From: an uncultured Clostridia bacterium
GTDB taxonomy: Bacteria; Bacillota; Clostridia; TANB77; CAG-508
Length of the DNA: 64,000 nucleotides
Direction of reading: 5' to 3'
Assembly (NCBI GenBank): GCA_947628715.1
Contig: CANRAW010000002.1
Location: 21,206-85,205 of the forward strand
The notes under the pieces: generated by a model
What the model saw: the letters and a program-made list of their open reading frames with translations, nothing else
The model's database searches: none
Told to the model about the DNA's origin: nothing
Program-made: the position numbers and the translations under genes
Shown: positions 1 through 9,755 of the stretch, piece after piece
Numbering within the stretch: position 1 is the stretch's first letter
Layout: each line of letters starts with the position of its first letter

Positions 1-1602
1 TTCACTAAGACAAGATTTTACAATTTCGGTATCAATTTTAGAACTAATAATTTTATCGTCAGCACAGATATTAACAGTTTTACCAAGCAATTCAGCAGGA
101 GCAAATCTGTCATTAGTTAGTTGCTTCAAACTTACGCAGTTGTATAAATCATATCCAACAAGTGCCTTAATTATATCAAAGAACTTCCCCTTTCCATTTC
201 CACCACCCCCATAAAAAACGAAAGTTTTATGAAATTTATTTGTAGCACAGCATGAAATACCAATAATTCTATAATACAAGTCAATTACACTTTGATTATA
301 TTGTGATATATCATTAAAAAAATTGTCTACACTCTCATTGCTATCGAATAAATGATTTACATAGTTTACAGTTAATTTACTTGTAATTATAATATCTGGA
401 CTAAATGGTATAAGTTCCATGAAATCAAGATATAGAACACCATTTTGAAAACCAATATAATGATAATTACAATGTTCCATATTTTTATCAAGTGAATGTT
501 TAATACTCTCAATAACTTCCTGCCTTTGACTAATATTTAATGTACTATATTTTTGCACTAATATATCTTCTATTTTGCCACTATTTAGCCCCTCTACATA
601 AATTCCCTCATTTGTATCATAGAAATAAGGCAAATTATTTAGTTTTATAAAGTGGTATTTTTTTATTAAATCTTTAGCAAGTGTATTATGTTGCAATTTG
701 CCTTTAATGAAATATTTACTAATATCAGTAGAAACCGTATTGTCATTTGTGCCAATAATACTTTCCACTTCTCTAATCTGTTCTTCACTAAATCGAAAAC
801 CAGAGTAAATAAAGTTGCTTGTAAAGACATCTTTCAGTTGATTCGTACCTAAAAATATACGACATAGGTCATTACAAGCCATATCTGGACCATAGCCATT
901 AAATAACTTTAACATCTTAGTAATTATAGCCTGCATTTGCTCTTTAACAGTTATAGGCTCCTTAAAACAATACACGAACCTAAACTTAGGTTTCCTTTGG
1001 CTATGACTAAAAGTGTAATAGGCAAATGTGGGTGTCTTATTTATAGTGCTAGCATAGTCTAGCACTTCTTGCATAGTAAAATGACTATTTTTATTATCAA
1101 AATCAAGCATAAAGCATTGTTGACTTTGCCACTCATTATTACTATTAGCACCTGAGGGGCAAACGCTATGCCCCCTTAATATAAGAGTGATTAAATCTTC
1201 TATCTTAAAATTCATTACTTTTGCACATCGTAAGGCACATCTAATCTTAGCCATATCTTCTTTAGAGGGTTTTTCGTCATATCCAGTACGAGTATCAACT
1301 TTAGCAATTATCCTAAAATTGTCTATATCTTCAATATATTCAGCTAATATATGACCCTCCAAATCTTGAGCCAATTGACTAAAATGCCCCTTCGCACCAC
1401 AAGCAAAGCAATGATAAGCTCCTTTTTCAGTATGGATACCAAAACTAGGGTTGTCCTCTTTATGAAAAGGGCAGAGCATTTGCAAGCTATCGCCAGATAC
1501 TTTAGGGTGCCCAAGCCCCAAAATATCAGCAATTTTTCTAATTCTATCTTCATAAACATTTTTAGTTGATTCTTCATTTGTACTAAAATATTTCTTTTCC
1601 AT
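1..1602 (-). CDS. Primase-helicase of the integrative element (CHC2 zinc finger, AEP primase-polymerase-like region, P4/D5-type SF3 helicase). The C-terminus is cut by the window edge.
   Basis: Reverse-strand ORF starts at ATG (complement of 1600-1602, AGGAGA upstream) and stays open to position 1. It is absent from the ORF track because it runs off the window. My translation gives MEKKYF..CPFHKEDNPSFGIH..YHCFACGAKG (CHC2 finger), FMLDFDNK (AEP-like DxD) and the Walker A YGGGGNGKGKF (complement of 181-213). Confidence 0.8.
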   Translation of the reverse strand, partial: MEKKYFSTNEESTKNVYEDRIRKIADILGLGHPKVSGDSLQMLCPFHKEDNPSFGIHTEKGAYHCFACGAKGHFSQLAQDLEGHILAEYIEDIDNFRIIAKVDTRTGYDEKPSKEDMAKIRCALRCAKVMNFKIEDLITLILRGHSVCPSGANSNNEWQSQQCFMLDFDNKNSHFTMQEVLDYASTINKTPTFAYYTFSHSQRKPKFRFVYCFKEPITVKEQMQAIITKMLKLFNGYGPDMACNDLCRIFLGTNQLKDVFTSNFIYSGFRFSEEQIREVESIIGTNDNTVSTDISKYFIKGKLQHNTLAKDLIKKYHFIKLNNLPYFYDTNEGIYVEGLNSGKIEDILVQKYSTLNISQRQEVIESIKHSLDKNMEHCNYHYIGFQNGVLYLDFMELIPFSPDIIITSKLTVNYVNHLFDSNESVDNFFNDISQYNQSVIDLYYRIIGISCCATNKFHKTFVFYGGGGNGKGKFFDIIKALVGYDLYNCVSLKQLTNDRFAPAELLGKTVNICADDKIISSKIDTEIVKSCLSE

Positions 1603-1615
1603 TTCCTAACATCTC

Positions 1616-1795
1616 CTATATACAAAATTTTTCTATATATGCAATTACTTGCTCTTTAGTAAATCTTAGACACTTCCCATATTTTTCAGGCGTTAATCTA
1701 CCTTCTCTAATCTCTTTTCGAATAAAGCCGATTGACATTTTCCACAAATCAGCTAATTCTTTGGGAGTGTAATATTCTTCGCTTATTTTTGCCAT
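1616..1795 (-). CDS. Small excisionase/MerR-like helix-turn-helix DNA-binding protein (59 aa)
   Basis: Hand translation gives MAKISEEYYTPKELADLWKMSIGFIRKEIREGRLTPEKYGKCLRFTKEQVIAYIEKFCI. It sits directly upstream of the primase and is divergent from the XRE gene. It falls below the ORF-track size cut-off. Confidence 0.55.
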   Translation of the reverse strand: MAKISEEYYTPKELADLWKMSIGFIRKEIREGRLTPEKYGKCLRFTKEQVIAYIEKFCI

Positions 1796-2075
1796 AGTTT
1801 CCCTCCTTCTGTTAAAAATTTATTTGCTGTATTCATTACTACGAATATTATTGCTTATATAGTGTTTTATAGTTGTATAGGTGTTAGTTAAATTTTGTAT
1901 TTACCACCCTCCAAATTAAAAAAAGGCAAATTTGGGAAGTGATAAAAACATTATAAATTGATTATTGAAAAATGTCAAGTTTTTTTTTAATAATTTTTCA
2001 GAACCGATTTAATAAAAGCAAAAACCTACATATTATATATAACAAAAAAATTTTTATAAAAAATTAAATTTACTA

Positions 2076-2104
2076 TTGACAGACAATAAAAAGTAGTGTA
2101 ATAT
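2076..2104 (+). promoter_or_regulatory. Sigma-A-type promoter for the XRE regulator/integrase operon
   Basis: TTGACA (2076-2081), 17-nt spacer, TAATAT (2099-2104). It lies in the divergent intergenic region between the Xis-like and XRE genes. Confidence 0.4.
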
Positions 2105-2149
2105 AGTAAATAAAAAAGGCAAAAATGGGAAATAAAAAGAGGTGAAAAT

Positions 2150-2992
2150 ATGAACAAAGAAAAAAAGACAATGCAAGAACAAAAACGAGAAGACATAGAA
2201 ATTAACTGTTTGGAAACATTTTCTAAAAGATTAAAAGAAACCAGAGAAAAAAGAGGAATGACACAAAGTGAATTAGCAAAAGCAGTTGGACTAAAAACAG
2301 AAAAAATAAATTTTGCAGAGTTAAACATCAAAGGAAGAAAGATACAAATTGAAGAATTAACAGAAATAGCAAAAGAATTAAATGTTTTATCATCATACCT
2401 ATTGGGAGAAATACAAACTACTGCAAATAATGACAACGGTCTAACTGATGAAACAAACGAAATAGTAAAACAATGGCAACTTGATGATAAACTTGAAATA
2501 CTAAATGCTTTTATATTAAAATTAAAAAAATACAATACAATATACTCAATGGACGCACTCGCAAATGTTACATACATAAAAAAAGACATTTTGGGAAGTA
2601 CATTAGATAATATAAAACAGAAAGTAAAAGACAAAAAAGATTTAAGCCATAATCAAACGCAGAAGATACGCAAACTAATTGACTTTATAAATTTTTCCTT
2701 AAAGCTAAATGGAATGACAGATTATGCAGGTTTAAATTATATAGTAAGAAATCATAAAGAGAAAATGAATATAGCCAAAGAAGAATGCCAACATATACTT
2801 GACTACAATATGGATAAAAACATTAAGATTAATCTTGAAAAAATACAAACTATCGGAGAACCACTAGACCAATTTATAAAATATACAAATGACGGAATAG
2901 TAAAAGAAGTTATGGCAGATATATTAGAAGAAATCATAAGAGAACGAATAAACGACAAAAACTATTATAAGAAAATGAAATTTAAAGAATAA
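2150..2992 (+). CDS. XRE-family HTH transcriptional regulator with a long C-terminal extension
   Basis: ORF track 280 aa. HTH segment is LKETREKRGMTQSELAKAVGL. A GGTG RBS lies upstream. The arrangement is lysogeny-switch-like, opposite the Xis-like gene. Confidence 0.7.
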   Translation: MNKEKKTMQEQKREDIEINCLETFSKRLKETREKRGMTQSELAKAVGLKTEKINFAELNIKGRKIQIEELTEIAKELNVLSSYLLGEIQTTANNDNGLTDETNEIVKQWQLDDKLEILNAFILKLKKYNTIYSMDALANVTYIKKDILGSTLDNIKQKVKDKKDLSHNQTQKIRKLIDFINFSLKLNGMTDYAGLNYIVRNHKEKMNIAKEECQHILDYNMDKNIKINLEKIQTIGEPLDQFIKYTNDGIVKEVMADILEEIIRERINDKNYYKKMKFKE

Positions 2993-3134
2993 AAAACTGA
3001 TAGAGTGCTATTCTTGCCGGAACCACACTCTAAACAGTTTCTACAAAACACTTGGATAAGCAATATCCAACTGCTACTTGTATTGTAGCATAAAATTACT
3101 GCTTTTTCAAGTACAAATGAAAGGAAGTAATATT

Positions 3135-4778
3135 ATGCCAAATGTAGGAACATACAGAGGAATAACAATTTATTATCAAGAAGACCGCAAAAGATATAGA
3201 ATGTGGTACACAGATAATAAAGGAAGAAAAAAGCCAGTATATGGAAATGAAAAAGCAATAGTAAAAGATAATTATGATAAAATACAAGAGCAATTAAGAA
3301 AAGGCTCATATCTTGCAAAAGTACCTGATACATTTAATAAGTTAATGGACGAAATGCTAGAGGAACAAGAAGAATATAGCGAATTAAAAGATAATTCCTT
3401 AAATAGAAAACGAGATAGTGCAAAAATAGTAAAAGAATATATGAAATGCAGTCATAAACCAATTAAAAATATTTCTGCAAATGAATTAAACGAAGAATTA
3501 AAAAGGCTTTCTAATATTAAAAAGTTTATACAAAGTAAGGATGAAGAAGTATATAGATTTTCACAGTCATATCTTAATAAAATATACTCTCTAATAAGAG
3601 AGGTATTTCATTATGCTGTAAAAGAGGACAAGTTAAGTAAAGAACTAAACCCATTTGAAATTGAGGGAAAAGTAAAAAAGCCAAAGTCAAATAAAGATAC
3701 AAAAATAGTAAAACCTTTTACTAGAGAAGAATGTATTAAATTTTTAGAGGTATTAAATAAAAGTGAACACAAATATACTGATATACTAAAAGTTCAGCTT
3801 TTTGGTGGACTTAGAATTGGAGAGACACTTGGACTAACTTCTGCAAATATAGATTTACAGCAAGACAAGATATATATTGAAACCACAGTAACAAAAAATA
3901 AATTCAATAAAACTGTAAGAGGGGCAACTACCAAAACACCTAGTGGGACAAGAAGTATACCTTTAACCCCTATGCTTCGAGATATATTAGAACCTAGAGT
4001 AAATAAAAATAGACCTCAAGCACTAATATTCTCCAATAATGGAAAACCTATAAATGAAAGCAATATAATAAGAGTAATGCGTCAACTTTGTGTACAAGCA
4101 GGAATTAGAGTTATAACCATAAAGAAGAAAAAAGCAAATGGACGAATATCAAATCTTAGAACCAGTAATATTACTGTACATGGCTTAAGACATCTTTATG
4201 CTTCAATAGGTGTTTTAGTAAAAGCTGACCCAAAAGCATTACAAGTTCTACTGGGGCATAAAGATATAAGTATAACAATGAATATATATGCAGATGCACA
4301 GGACGAATTAAAAGAACGAAATGCAGAAATGATAGAAGATTATTTTACTTCATTAACTTTAGAAAGTGCTAGTACAGATATGGAAACACTATTTCAAAAT
4401 ATGCAAAATCTAAAATTACATACTTTAGAGGAAAAAGAAATAATACATTATAAACGAGAAATATTAAGGCTTGTAAGTGTTCCTAAACTAGAGGAGCAAG
4501 TAAAAAATTTAACAATAAAAATATCTAATATAGAAGATACAACAGAAGACAGCCCAGAAAGATTAAAGTTAATATACACTCTATTGAATAATATGACAGA
4601 ATTTAAGAACCAGACTAGAAATATAAAGAGAAATACAAACCAGTGCAATGACGATTACAATTACATCTACCAATACTTACAAACAACACAATATTTAGTA
4701 AAAGCAATGGGTAAAGCAACAGAGTATAAACCAGTGAAACAACCAGCAACAATAAAAACCTTTGCAATAAACTATTAA
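3135..4778 (+). CDS. Tyrosine recombinase/integrase (phage integrase family) with a roughly 140-aa C-terminal extension
   Basis: ORF track frame. I prefer the internal ATG at 3135 (MPNVGTYRG) after AAAGGAAG. Catalytic-domain motifs are LFGGLRIGETLGL, HGLRHLYAS and LLGHKDISITMNIYA. Confidence 0.9.
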   Translation: MPNVGTYRGITIYYQEDRKRYRMWYTDNKGRKKPVYGNEKAIVKDNYDKIQEQLRKGSYLAKVPDTFNKLMDEMLEEQEEYSELKDNSLNRKRDSAKIVKEYMKCSHKPIKNISANELNEELKRLSNIKKFIQSKDEEVYRFSQSYLNKIYSLIREVFHYAVKEDKLSKELNPFEIEGKVKKPKSNKDTKIVKPFTREECIKFLEVLNKSEHKYTDILKVQLFGGLRIGETLGLTSANIDLQQDKIYIETTVTKNKFNKTVRGATTKTPSGTRSIPLTPMLRDILEPRVNKNRPQALIFSNNGKPINESNIIRVMRQLCVQAGIRVITIKKKKANGRISNLRTSNITVHGLRHLYASIGVLVKADPKALQVLLGHKDISITMNIYADAQDELKERNAEMIEDYFTSLTLESASTDMETLFQNMQNLKLHTLEEKEIIHYKREILRLVSVPKLEEQVKNLTIKISNIEDTTEDSPERLKLIYTLLNNMTEFKNQTRNIKRNTNQCNDDYNYIYQYLQTTQYLVKAMGKATEYKPVKQPATIKTFAINY

Positions 4779-4795
4779 AATACAATACACATAAG

Positions 4796-4818
4796 GCAAC
4801 TCATTGTAGTTGCTTTTT
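4796..4818 (+). terminator. Rho-independent terminator after the integrase
   Basis: GCAACT-cattgt-AGTTGC stem-loop followed by TTTTT. Confidence 0.6.
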
Positions 4819-5061
4819 ATTATGTTTTCTGCTATTAAACTATTGTAATAGCCATTATTGGACAAAATCAAATTTTATTTATATCTTATTCCTCTTATTT
4901 TAGCTTTTTTACCCACAAACTACCTAGATACATTTTATTACTTTACTTAACTAAAAATACAAAATATTATCCCAAAAATGACACACCCTATATATTTCAT
5001 ATTACAAGCACTAGCACACCTCCCAACACTGCATTAAAATAAGCACAGGAGGTAATTATAA

Positions 5062-5985
5062 ATGGATGAAAAACTATTACAAGGAACAATTACACAAGCA
5101 CAGAAAGTGCTTGAACAGTCCAAAGACTGGAACAAAACTTATGAGGAACAAGCAAAGATACTTGCAGATAACAAAGAACTACTAGACCATTTCTATAAGC
5201 AAGTAAAAAAGTACGAGGGTATACAATTTTACCTAACAGAAGTAAAAACAACACAACCTAGTATTTTCATACTACAAGCAAGATACAAAGGTCAACCAAT
5301 AGCAACTGTAAGTATAGCTGAAGATAAAACAACTATTGCAACTAAATCTTATGACGAAAGCAATAAGAAAATCTATAATTGTGATATTCAATTACAAGAC
5401 AAGGACATAAAAGCAGTAGAGACATTACAGTTTCTAAATTTCTTTAATCAAGACATAAAAGCTAATGGCAAAATCAATGAGCAAAAACATCTACAAAGTA
5501 TGTTACTAGAGGAATTTGGAAAAACCAGCTCGATAGGGAAATTACTTCTAGGCTGTCAGCCGGTAAAATGTAACAACCTATTCTATGAAATACCAATAAT
5601 ATTAAACCCTAAGGAAGAAAAAGGATATATCAATATACTTACTAGAACTAAGGTAAGAAAACTAACGATTATAGAACCATTAACAAAGGATATTACCCCT
5701 GAAATAGTCCTATCAAACGGAACATCAAAAGCAGTATTTCTATTGAATCTTTTACATAGTGAAATAGGCCAAGACTGGTATAAGATTGTGGGCTTTCATG
5801 GTAGAGTAACCCCACATCTAACAATTAAGGTATGTATAGCTGTACCTAAGGAATTAAAATCTAAGTGTAAAGAATTTGAAACATTTGAGTTGAGGTCAGG
5901 TACTGATAGTATAGAATATCATTACTTAGAATATACCACAGACGGAACACAAATAACATCTATTAAAACCACTATAAATGAATAA
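5062..5985 (+). CDS. Hypothetical protein (element cargo)
   Basis: Clean 307-aa ORF with an AGGAGG RBS. I recognise no family. Confidence 0.6.
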   Translation: MDEKLLQGTITQAQKVLEQSKDWNKTYEEQAKILADNKELLDHFYKQVKKYEGIQFYLTEVKTTQPSIFILQARYKGQPIATVSIAEDKTTIATKSYDESNKKIYNCDIQLQDKDIKAVETLQFLNFFNQDIKANGKINEQKHLQSMLLEEFGKTSSIGKLLLGCQPVKCNNLFYEIPIILNPKEEKGYINILTRTKVRKLTIIEPLTKDITPEIVLSNGTSKAVFLLNLLHSEIGQDWYKIVGFHGRVTPHLTIKVCIAVPKELKSKCKEFETFELRSGTDSIEYHYLEYTTDGTQITSIKTTINE

Positions 5986-5998
5986 GGGGGTCAACCCT

Positions 5999-7240
5999 AT
6001 GCAAATAAAAATTTTGAAAGGCACCTCAACCATACGGAGGTGCCTTAACTACACTAACAACTGCTAAGGGTACGAGGATATTATTAGATTTTCGGTATGG
6101 ACTTAGACGATATACTAAGATTACCTGAAATTGAACGGACTAAATATAGGTAAACCGACCTACGATCGGTGTGCTGATTAGCCACTATCACCGGAGACCA
6201 CTATGGAAGAATAAATGAGGTGCTTCCTGAAATACCTGTATATATGTCTAACCAAGCAAGGAGCATAATAGAAACGGTCTTTAGCTTTTCTCAAAAAGGG
6301 AAGATTACACACAAAACAATAGATATAAAAGACCAAGTGCCTTTTTATATCAAGGAAGTCAAAATAACATCGTTTACAGTAGACCACTCAGCATACCGGA
6401 GCCTTTATGTTTCTAATAGAGGCAGACAGTAAAAAGGTACTTTATACTCGGCGATTATAGAAATCATGGCTATAAGGGTAAATTATTCAAATCTACTTTA
6501 AGGAAAATTGGTAAAATAGATATACTAATTACAGAGGGGACTACTCTATCAAGACCAAATATAAAAAGTCAAACAGAGGCTGAACTAGCAGTAGAAATAG
6601 CAGAAAAGACTAAATGCTATGACCAAGTGCTGGTATTAACATCAACTACTACAATAGACCGAATAACAACACTAACTAGGGTGGCTAATAGAACAGGTAA
6701 AACTATAATATGGGATATTCTATTAAATATGGTATTGCAGAAAGTAACTCAAAAGATACCCAATGCACTAAATTCAAATAAAGTGTACTGCTATCTTCCC
6801 TCATATTTATATAGAATGAGGAATAAAGAACCTTACTGTCAATATATAGAACCATACTTAAGTAAAATAAAACAAACAGGTCAAAAGCTACACGGAAAGT
6901 TCCTAATGAACTGCCGTGCCAGTATGTGGAGAGATATAGAAAAGCTAAAGTTAAAAAATAAAGTATTGGATAATTGCTGTGTCGTGTATTCACTATGGGA
7001 GGGGTATAAAACACAGGACGAACCTACTATGAAATTCTTAGATAAAATGGCAGAGCTAGATATACCTGTAATAACTTGCCATACTTCACGGACACCGGAG
7101 ACCGAGAATGTATTAAACAAGTTATAGATATTACTAGACCTGAGGTGGTTATTCCTCTACATACTGAGGCACCTGAGAAAATTAAGAAATTAACAGACAA
7201 AGCTGTCATATTAAAAGATATGGAAATATACGAACATTAG
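5999..7240 (+). CDS. MBL-fold (beta-CASP-like) metallo-hydrolase/nuclease. A single CDS only if nine in-frame CGG codons are each followed by a +1 shift.
   Basis: ATG at 5999 after AAGGGGG. In-frame CGG has its C at 6035, 6093, 6136, 6167, 6192, 6397, 6449, 7089 and 7096. Skipping each C gives MQIKILKGTSTIGGALTTL..ILLDFGMDLDD..EIEGLNIGKPTYDGVLISHYHGDHYG..DHSAYGAFMFLIEADSKKVLYTGDYRNHG..ITCHTSGHGDRECIKQVIDITRPEVVIPLHTE..EIYEH, ending at TAG 7238-7240. HYHGDH and HTSGH are MBL/beta-CASP signatures. Confidence 0.75.
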
Positions 7241-7309
7241 TTGGGTACGAGCAGAACAAGACAAAAAAATTTATATATGATATACTCTATGTAAAAGGAG
7301 GAAAATAAT

Positions 7310-7828
7310 ATGGAACAAAAAACAATAACATTTGAAGAAGTCAAAGACAGACTAAAAAATAAATCATTAAAAGATTATACAGACGAAGACATACTTGACA
7401 GGTATATAGCTTATGGTACAGAGGAAGAACTAAATACACCTGAAATACAAAAGGCTCTACTAGAACACGGGTATATAAGTGAATTATTGGAAATGACTAA
7501 TTTTATAACAGACAAACAAGTTATATCAGATATTCTACATAAGTATTTGCCAAAGATAGAGCCTACAATACTAATATTCGGACAAGCTAAAGATATGTGG
7601 GTTATAGAACATTTACAGGAACCAAAAGAAAGGAAATTATCATTTGACTTTATTGATAAAGATACAGACGAAAGTATAGTATTAGAAGGTCCTACTATAT
7701 TTACTCAAGAAGACTATGATAAATACAGAAATCAATTCTATAAATATAAAAATAACTTAATAGCGATAGTAAGAGAAAAAGCTAATAAGCATGAATTACT
7801 TTGTTTTTTAGTAAACATACTTAAGTAG
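7310..7828 (+). CDS. Hypothetical protein
   Basis: 172-aa ORF with an AAGGAGG RBS. No family recognised. Confidence 0.6.
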   Translation: MEQKTITFEEVKDRLKNKSLKDYTDEDILDRYIAYGTEEELNTPEIQKALLEHGYISELLEMTNFITDKQVISDILHKYLPKIEPTILIFGQAKDMWVIEHLQEPKERKLSFDFIDKDTDESIVLEGPTIFTQEDYDKYRNQFYKYKNNLIAIVREKANKHELLCFLVNILK

Positions 7829-7870
7829 CATTGAAGACATATACTTGAATCTTAAAATTAGGAGGAAAAA

Positions 7871-8410
7871 ATGAAAGAAGAATTACAATTAAACAATATT
7901 ACAGATTATTGTGTAGTAGATATAGAAACAACAGGTTTGTATGAAAGTCAAAATGAAATAATAGAAATAGGAGCTGTAAAGATAAAAGATAGTAAAATAG
8001 TAGATACCTATACTACTATAATAAAACCTCGAAAGGAGTTAAATACCAATGTACAAGAACTAACTAATATATCTAATGCACTATTACAATATGCACCTAG
8101 CATAGATACAGTTGCACCTCAAGTATTAAAATTTATAGAAAGTAGTATTATAGTTTCGCATAATGCTGAATTTACAATGAAGTTTCTAAAACAAAATATT
8201 GGAACTACTAATAATCAAGTTGTAAATATACTAGATATAGCAAAACAGATAAACCCTAAGAGTAAGAAACATAAGCTATCAGACTTATGCTATGCAATAG
8301 GAATAAATAATTTTAAGCAGAGTTCTACAATAGACTGTGCATATCTCACAATGTGTCTATTTGAATATTCAAAGAAATTAAGAAATAGACAAAATACAAT
8401 AATTGAATAA
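7871..8410 (+). CDS. DnaQ/epsilon-like DEDD 3'-5' exonuclease
   Basis: Motifs are VVDIETTGL (Exo I) and SHNAEFTMKFL (Exo II). AGGAGG RBS upstream. Confidence 0.7.
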   Translation: MKEELQLNNITDYCVVDIETTGLYESQNEIIEIGAVKIKDSKIVDTYTTIIKPRKELNTNVQELTNISNALLQYAPSIDTVAPQVLKFIESSIIVSHNAEFTMKFLKQNIGTTNNQVVNILDIAKQINPKSKKHKLSDLCYAIGINNFKQSSTIDCAYLTMCLFEYSKKLRNRQNTIIE

Positions 8411-8673
8411 TAATATAAGTATGTCAGCCATTTATACATCATAGAAACTGACATTGAAACCCCTAAAATCTATAAATAACCAGTTAGAACTTCCCACTAA
8501 CTGGTTATTTACTGTTTTATTAAGCTTATTTTCTTCTATTTTGGACTTTTTTATAGAGTAATTTATTATTTATTTAGTAAAGTTTTGTATCCGCTTTATG
8601 AATAGTGTTAGAACTTGTATGGATATACCAATTTCAATTAAATTAAAAGAAAAATAAGAAAGGAGTAATTACA

Positions 8674-9075
8674 ATGCCCAAGATAAGTAAGGAACAAGTA
8701 AATAAAATAAATTCCAAATGTTCAAATGGGTGGCAATTAGACTTAGAATATTACTTATATCATGGAGAAAAACAACTAATAAAATGTATAGACATAGACA
8801 AAGAAAACTATCTAAAATTTACAATATGCTATAACAGTCAAAATCAAATGGTTCTATATATAAGCAAATTCTATCATAAGCAAGGAGATTATTTTGCTAA
8901 TAGTGAGGGGCTGGGTAAAAGAACAATGCTAAATGCTACACCAACAAAGAAAAAGGAACTGAATAAACTGATACCATTAACACATATATTGACGGATACG
9001 GAACTAATGAAGATTAACAAGAATACCCCTGTATTAAGTGGAAATGGGATATTTGAGCCAAGTGAAAAATTTTGA
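8674..9075 (+). CDS. Hypothetical protein
   Basis: 133-aa ORF with an AAGGAG RBS. No family recognised. Confidence 0.55.
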   Translation: MPKISKEQVNKINSKCSNGWQLDLEYYLYHGEKQLIKCIDIDKENYLKFTICYNSQNQMVLYISKFYHKQGDYFANSEGLGKRTMLNATPTKKKELNKLIPLTHILTDTELMKINKNTPVLSGNGIFEPSEKF

Positions 9076-9100
9076 AATATAAAATAAAAGTAGAGCAAGG

Positions 9101-9379
9101 TTATCCTTGTTCTACTTTTTCAATTATAAATGCACCTATAAAAGATAACGCAAACCAAATTATGATTTCATAAGTAATACAATAATTGGTAGCAGTATAT
9201 GACTGAAATAATATTTGATTTTGTATGCCTAAGGGTATTGTAATCATATAAGCTATACCAATATTCAATAACATTAAGACAACAGCAAGTACATCTTGTT
9301 TAGATATAGACAATATAAGCACCTCCTCGAATATCTCGAACTTATGACATATTATAACATTATTAGACAAGTTTAGCAA
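9101..9379 (-). CDS. Small hydrophobic membrane protein
   Basis: 92-aa ORF with 2-3 hydrophobic segments. It is divergent from the XRE gene at 9466. Confidence 0.4.
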   Translation of the reverse strand: MLNLSNNVIICHKFEIFEEVLILSISKQDVLAVVLMLLNIGIAYMITIPLGIQNQILFQSYTATNYCITYEIIIWFALSFIGAFIIEKVEQG

Positions 9380-9465
9380 TAGAAATAAACAAAAAAATTC
9401 GAGTATCTCGAGATTTTATGATATTTACCCCTTATTTTGCCATAATAAATAAAAGGTGGTAAATT

Positions 9466-9705
9466 ATGATAGGTATGATATTAAGAAATATAAGAAAAAT
9501 TAGAGGTCTAACACAAGAGCAAGTAGGTAAAAGCCTAAGTTTAGCTGACAATACTATATCAAATTATGAAACAGAATATAGTAGTCCAAACTTCGATACT
9601 ATTGAGAAGTTTATAACTGTATGTGATTTCGACATAAGGTTTATAGATAAAAAATCTAAAAAAGAATATACTTTGAAAGAGTTATCAAAAGAAATGGATT
9701 TTTAA
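9466..9705 (+). CDS. Small XRE-family HTH regulator
   Basis: The segment LRNIRKIRGLTQEQVGKSLSLADNTISNYE is a typical Cro/CI HTH. GGTGG RBS upstream. Confidence 0.75.
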   Translation: MIGMILRNIRKIRGLTQEQVGKSLSLADNTISNYETEYSSPNFDTIEKFITVCDFDIRFIDKKSKKEYTLKELSKEMDF

Positions 9706-9720
9706 GTAAAATAGCCTAAT

Positions 9721-9755
9721 ACATAAATTGTCAAATTACATTTGACAATTTATGT
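9721..9755 (+). terminator. Perfect 16-bp stem hairpin after the XRE gene
   Basis: ACATAAATTGTCAAAT-tac-ATTTGACAATTTATGT followed by GCTTTTA. The T-tract is weak. Confidence 0.4.

Noticed and set aside
1344-1625. ORF-track entries 1344-1625 (-) and 1351-1569 (+)
   Set aside because: They lie inside the much longer reverse-strand primase-helicase frame, which has a CHC2 zinc finger and a Walker A motif. Their own translations are low-complexity and have no RBS.
2026-2634. Long antisense ORFs in the track, for example 2026-2634 (-), 32878-33426 (-), 34342-34809 (-), 52391-52843 (-), 45999-46337 (-), 63532-63927 (-)
   Set aside because: Each is embedded opposite a well-supported CDS. Their F/L/S/I-rich translations are typical of antisense AT-rich coding DNA, and they lack start context.
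6178-7209. Fragment ORFs inside 5999-7240 (6220-6432, 6627-7127 and their antisense partners) as separate small genes
   Set aside because: Joined through the nine CGG sites, they form one continuous MBL-fold protein with correctly ordered motifs. The antisense ones have no independent support.
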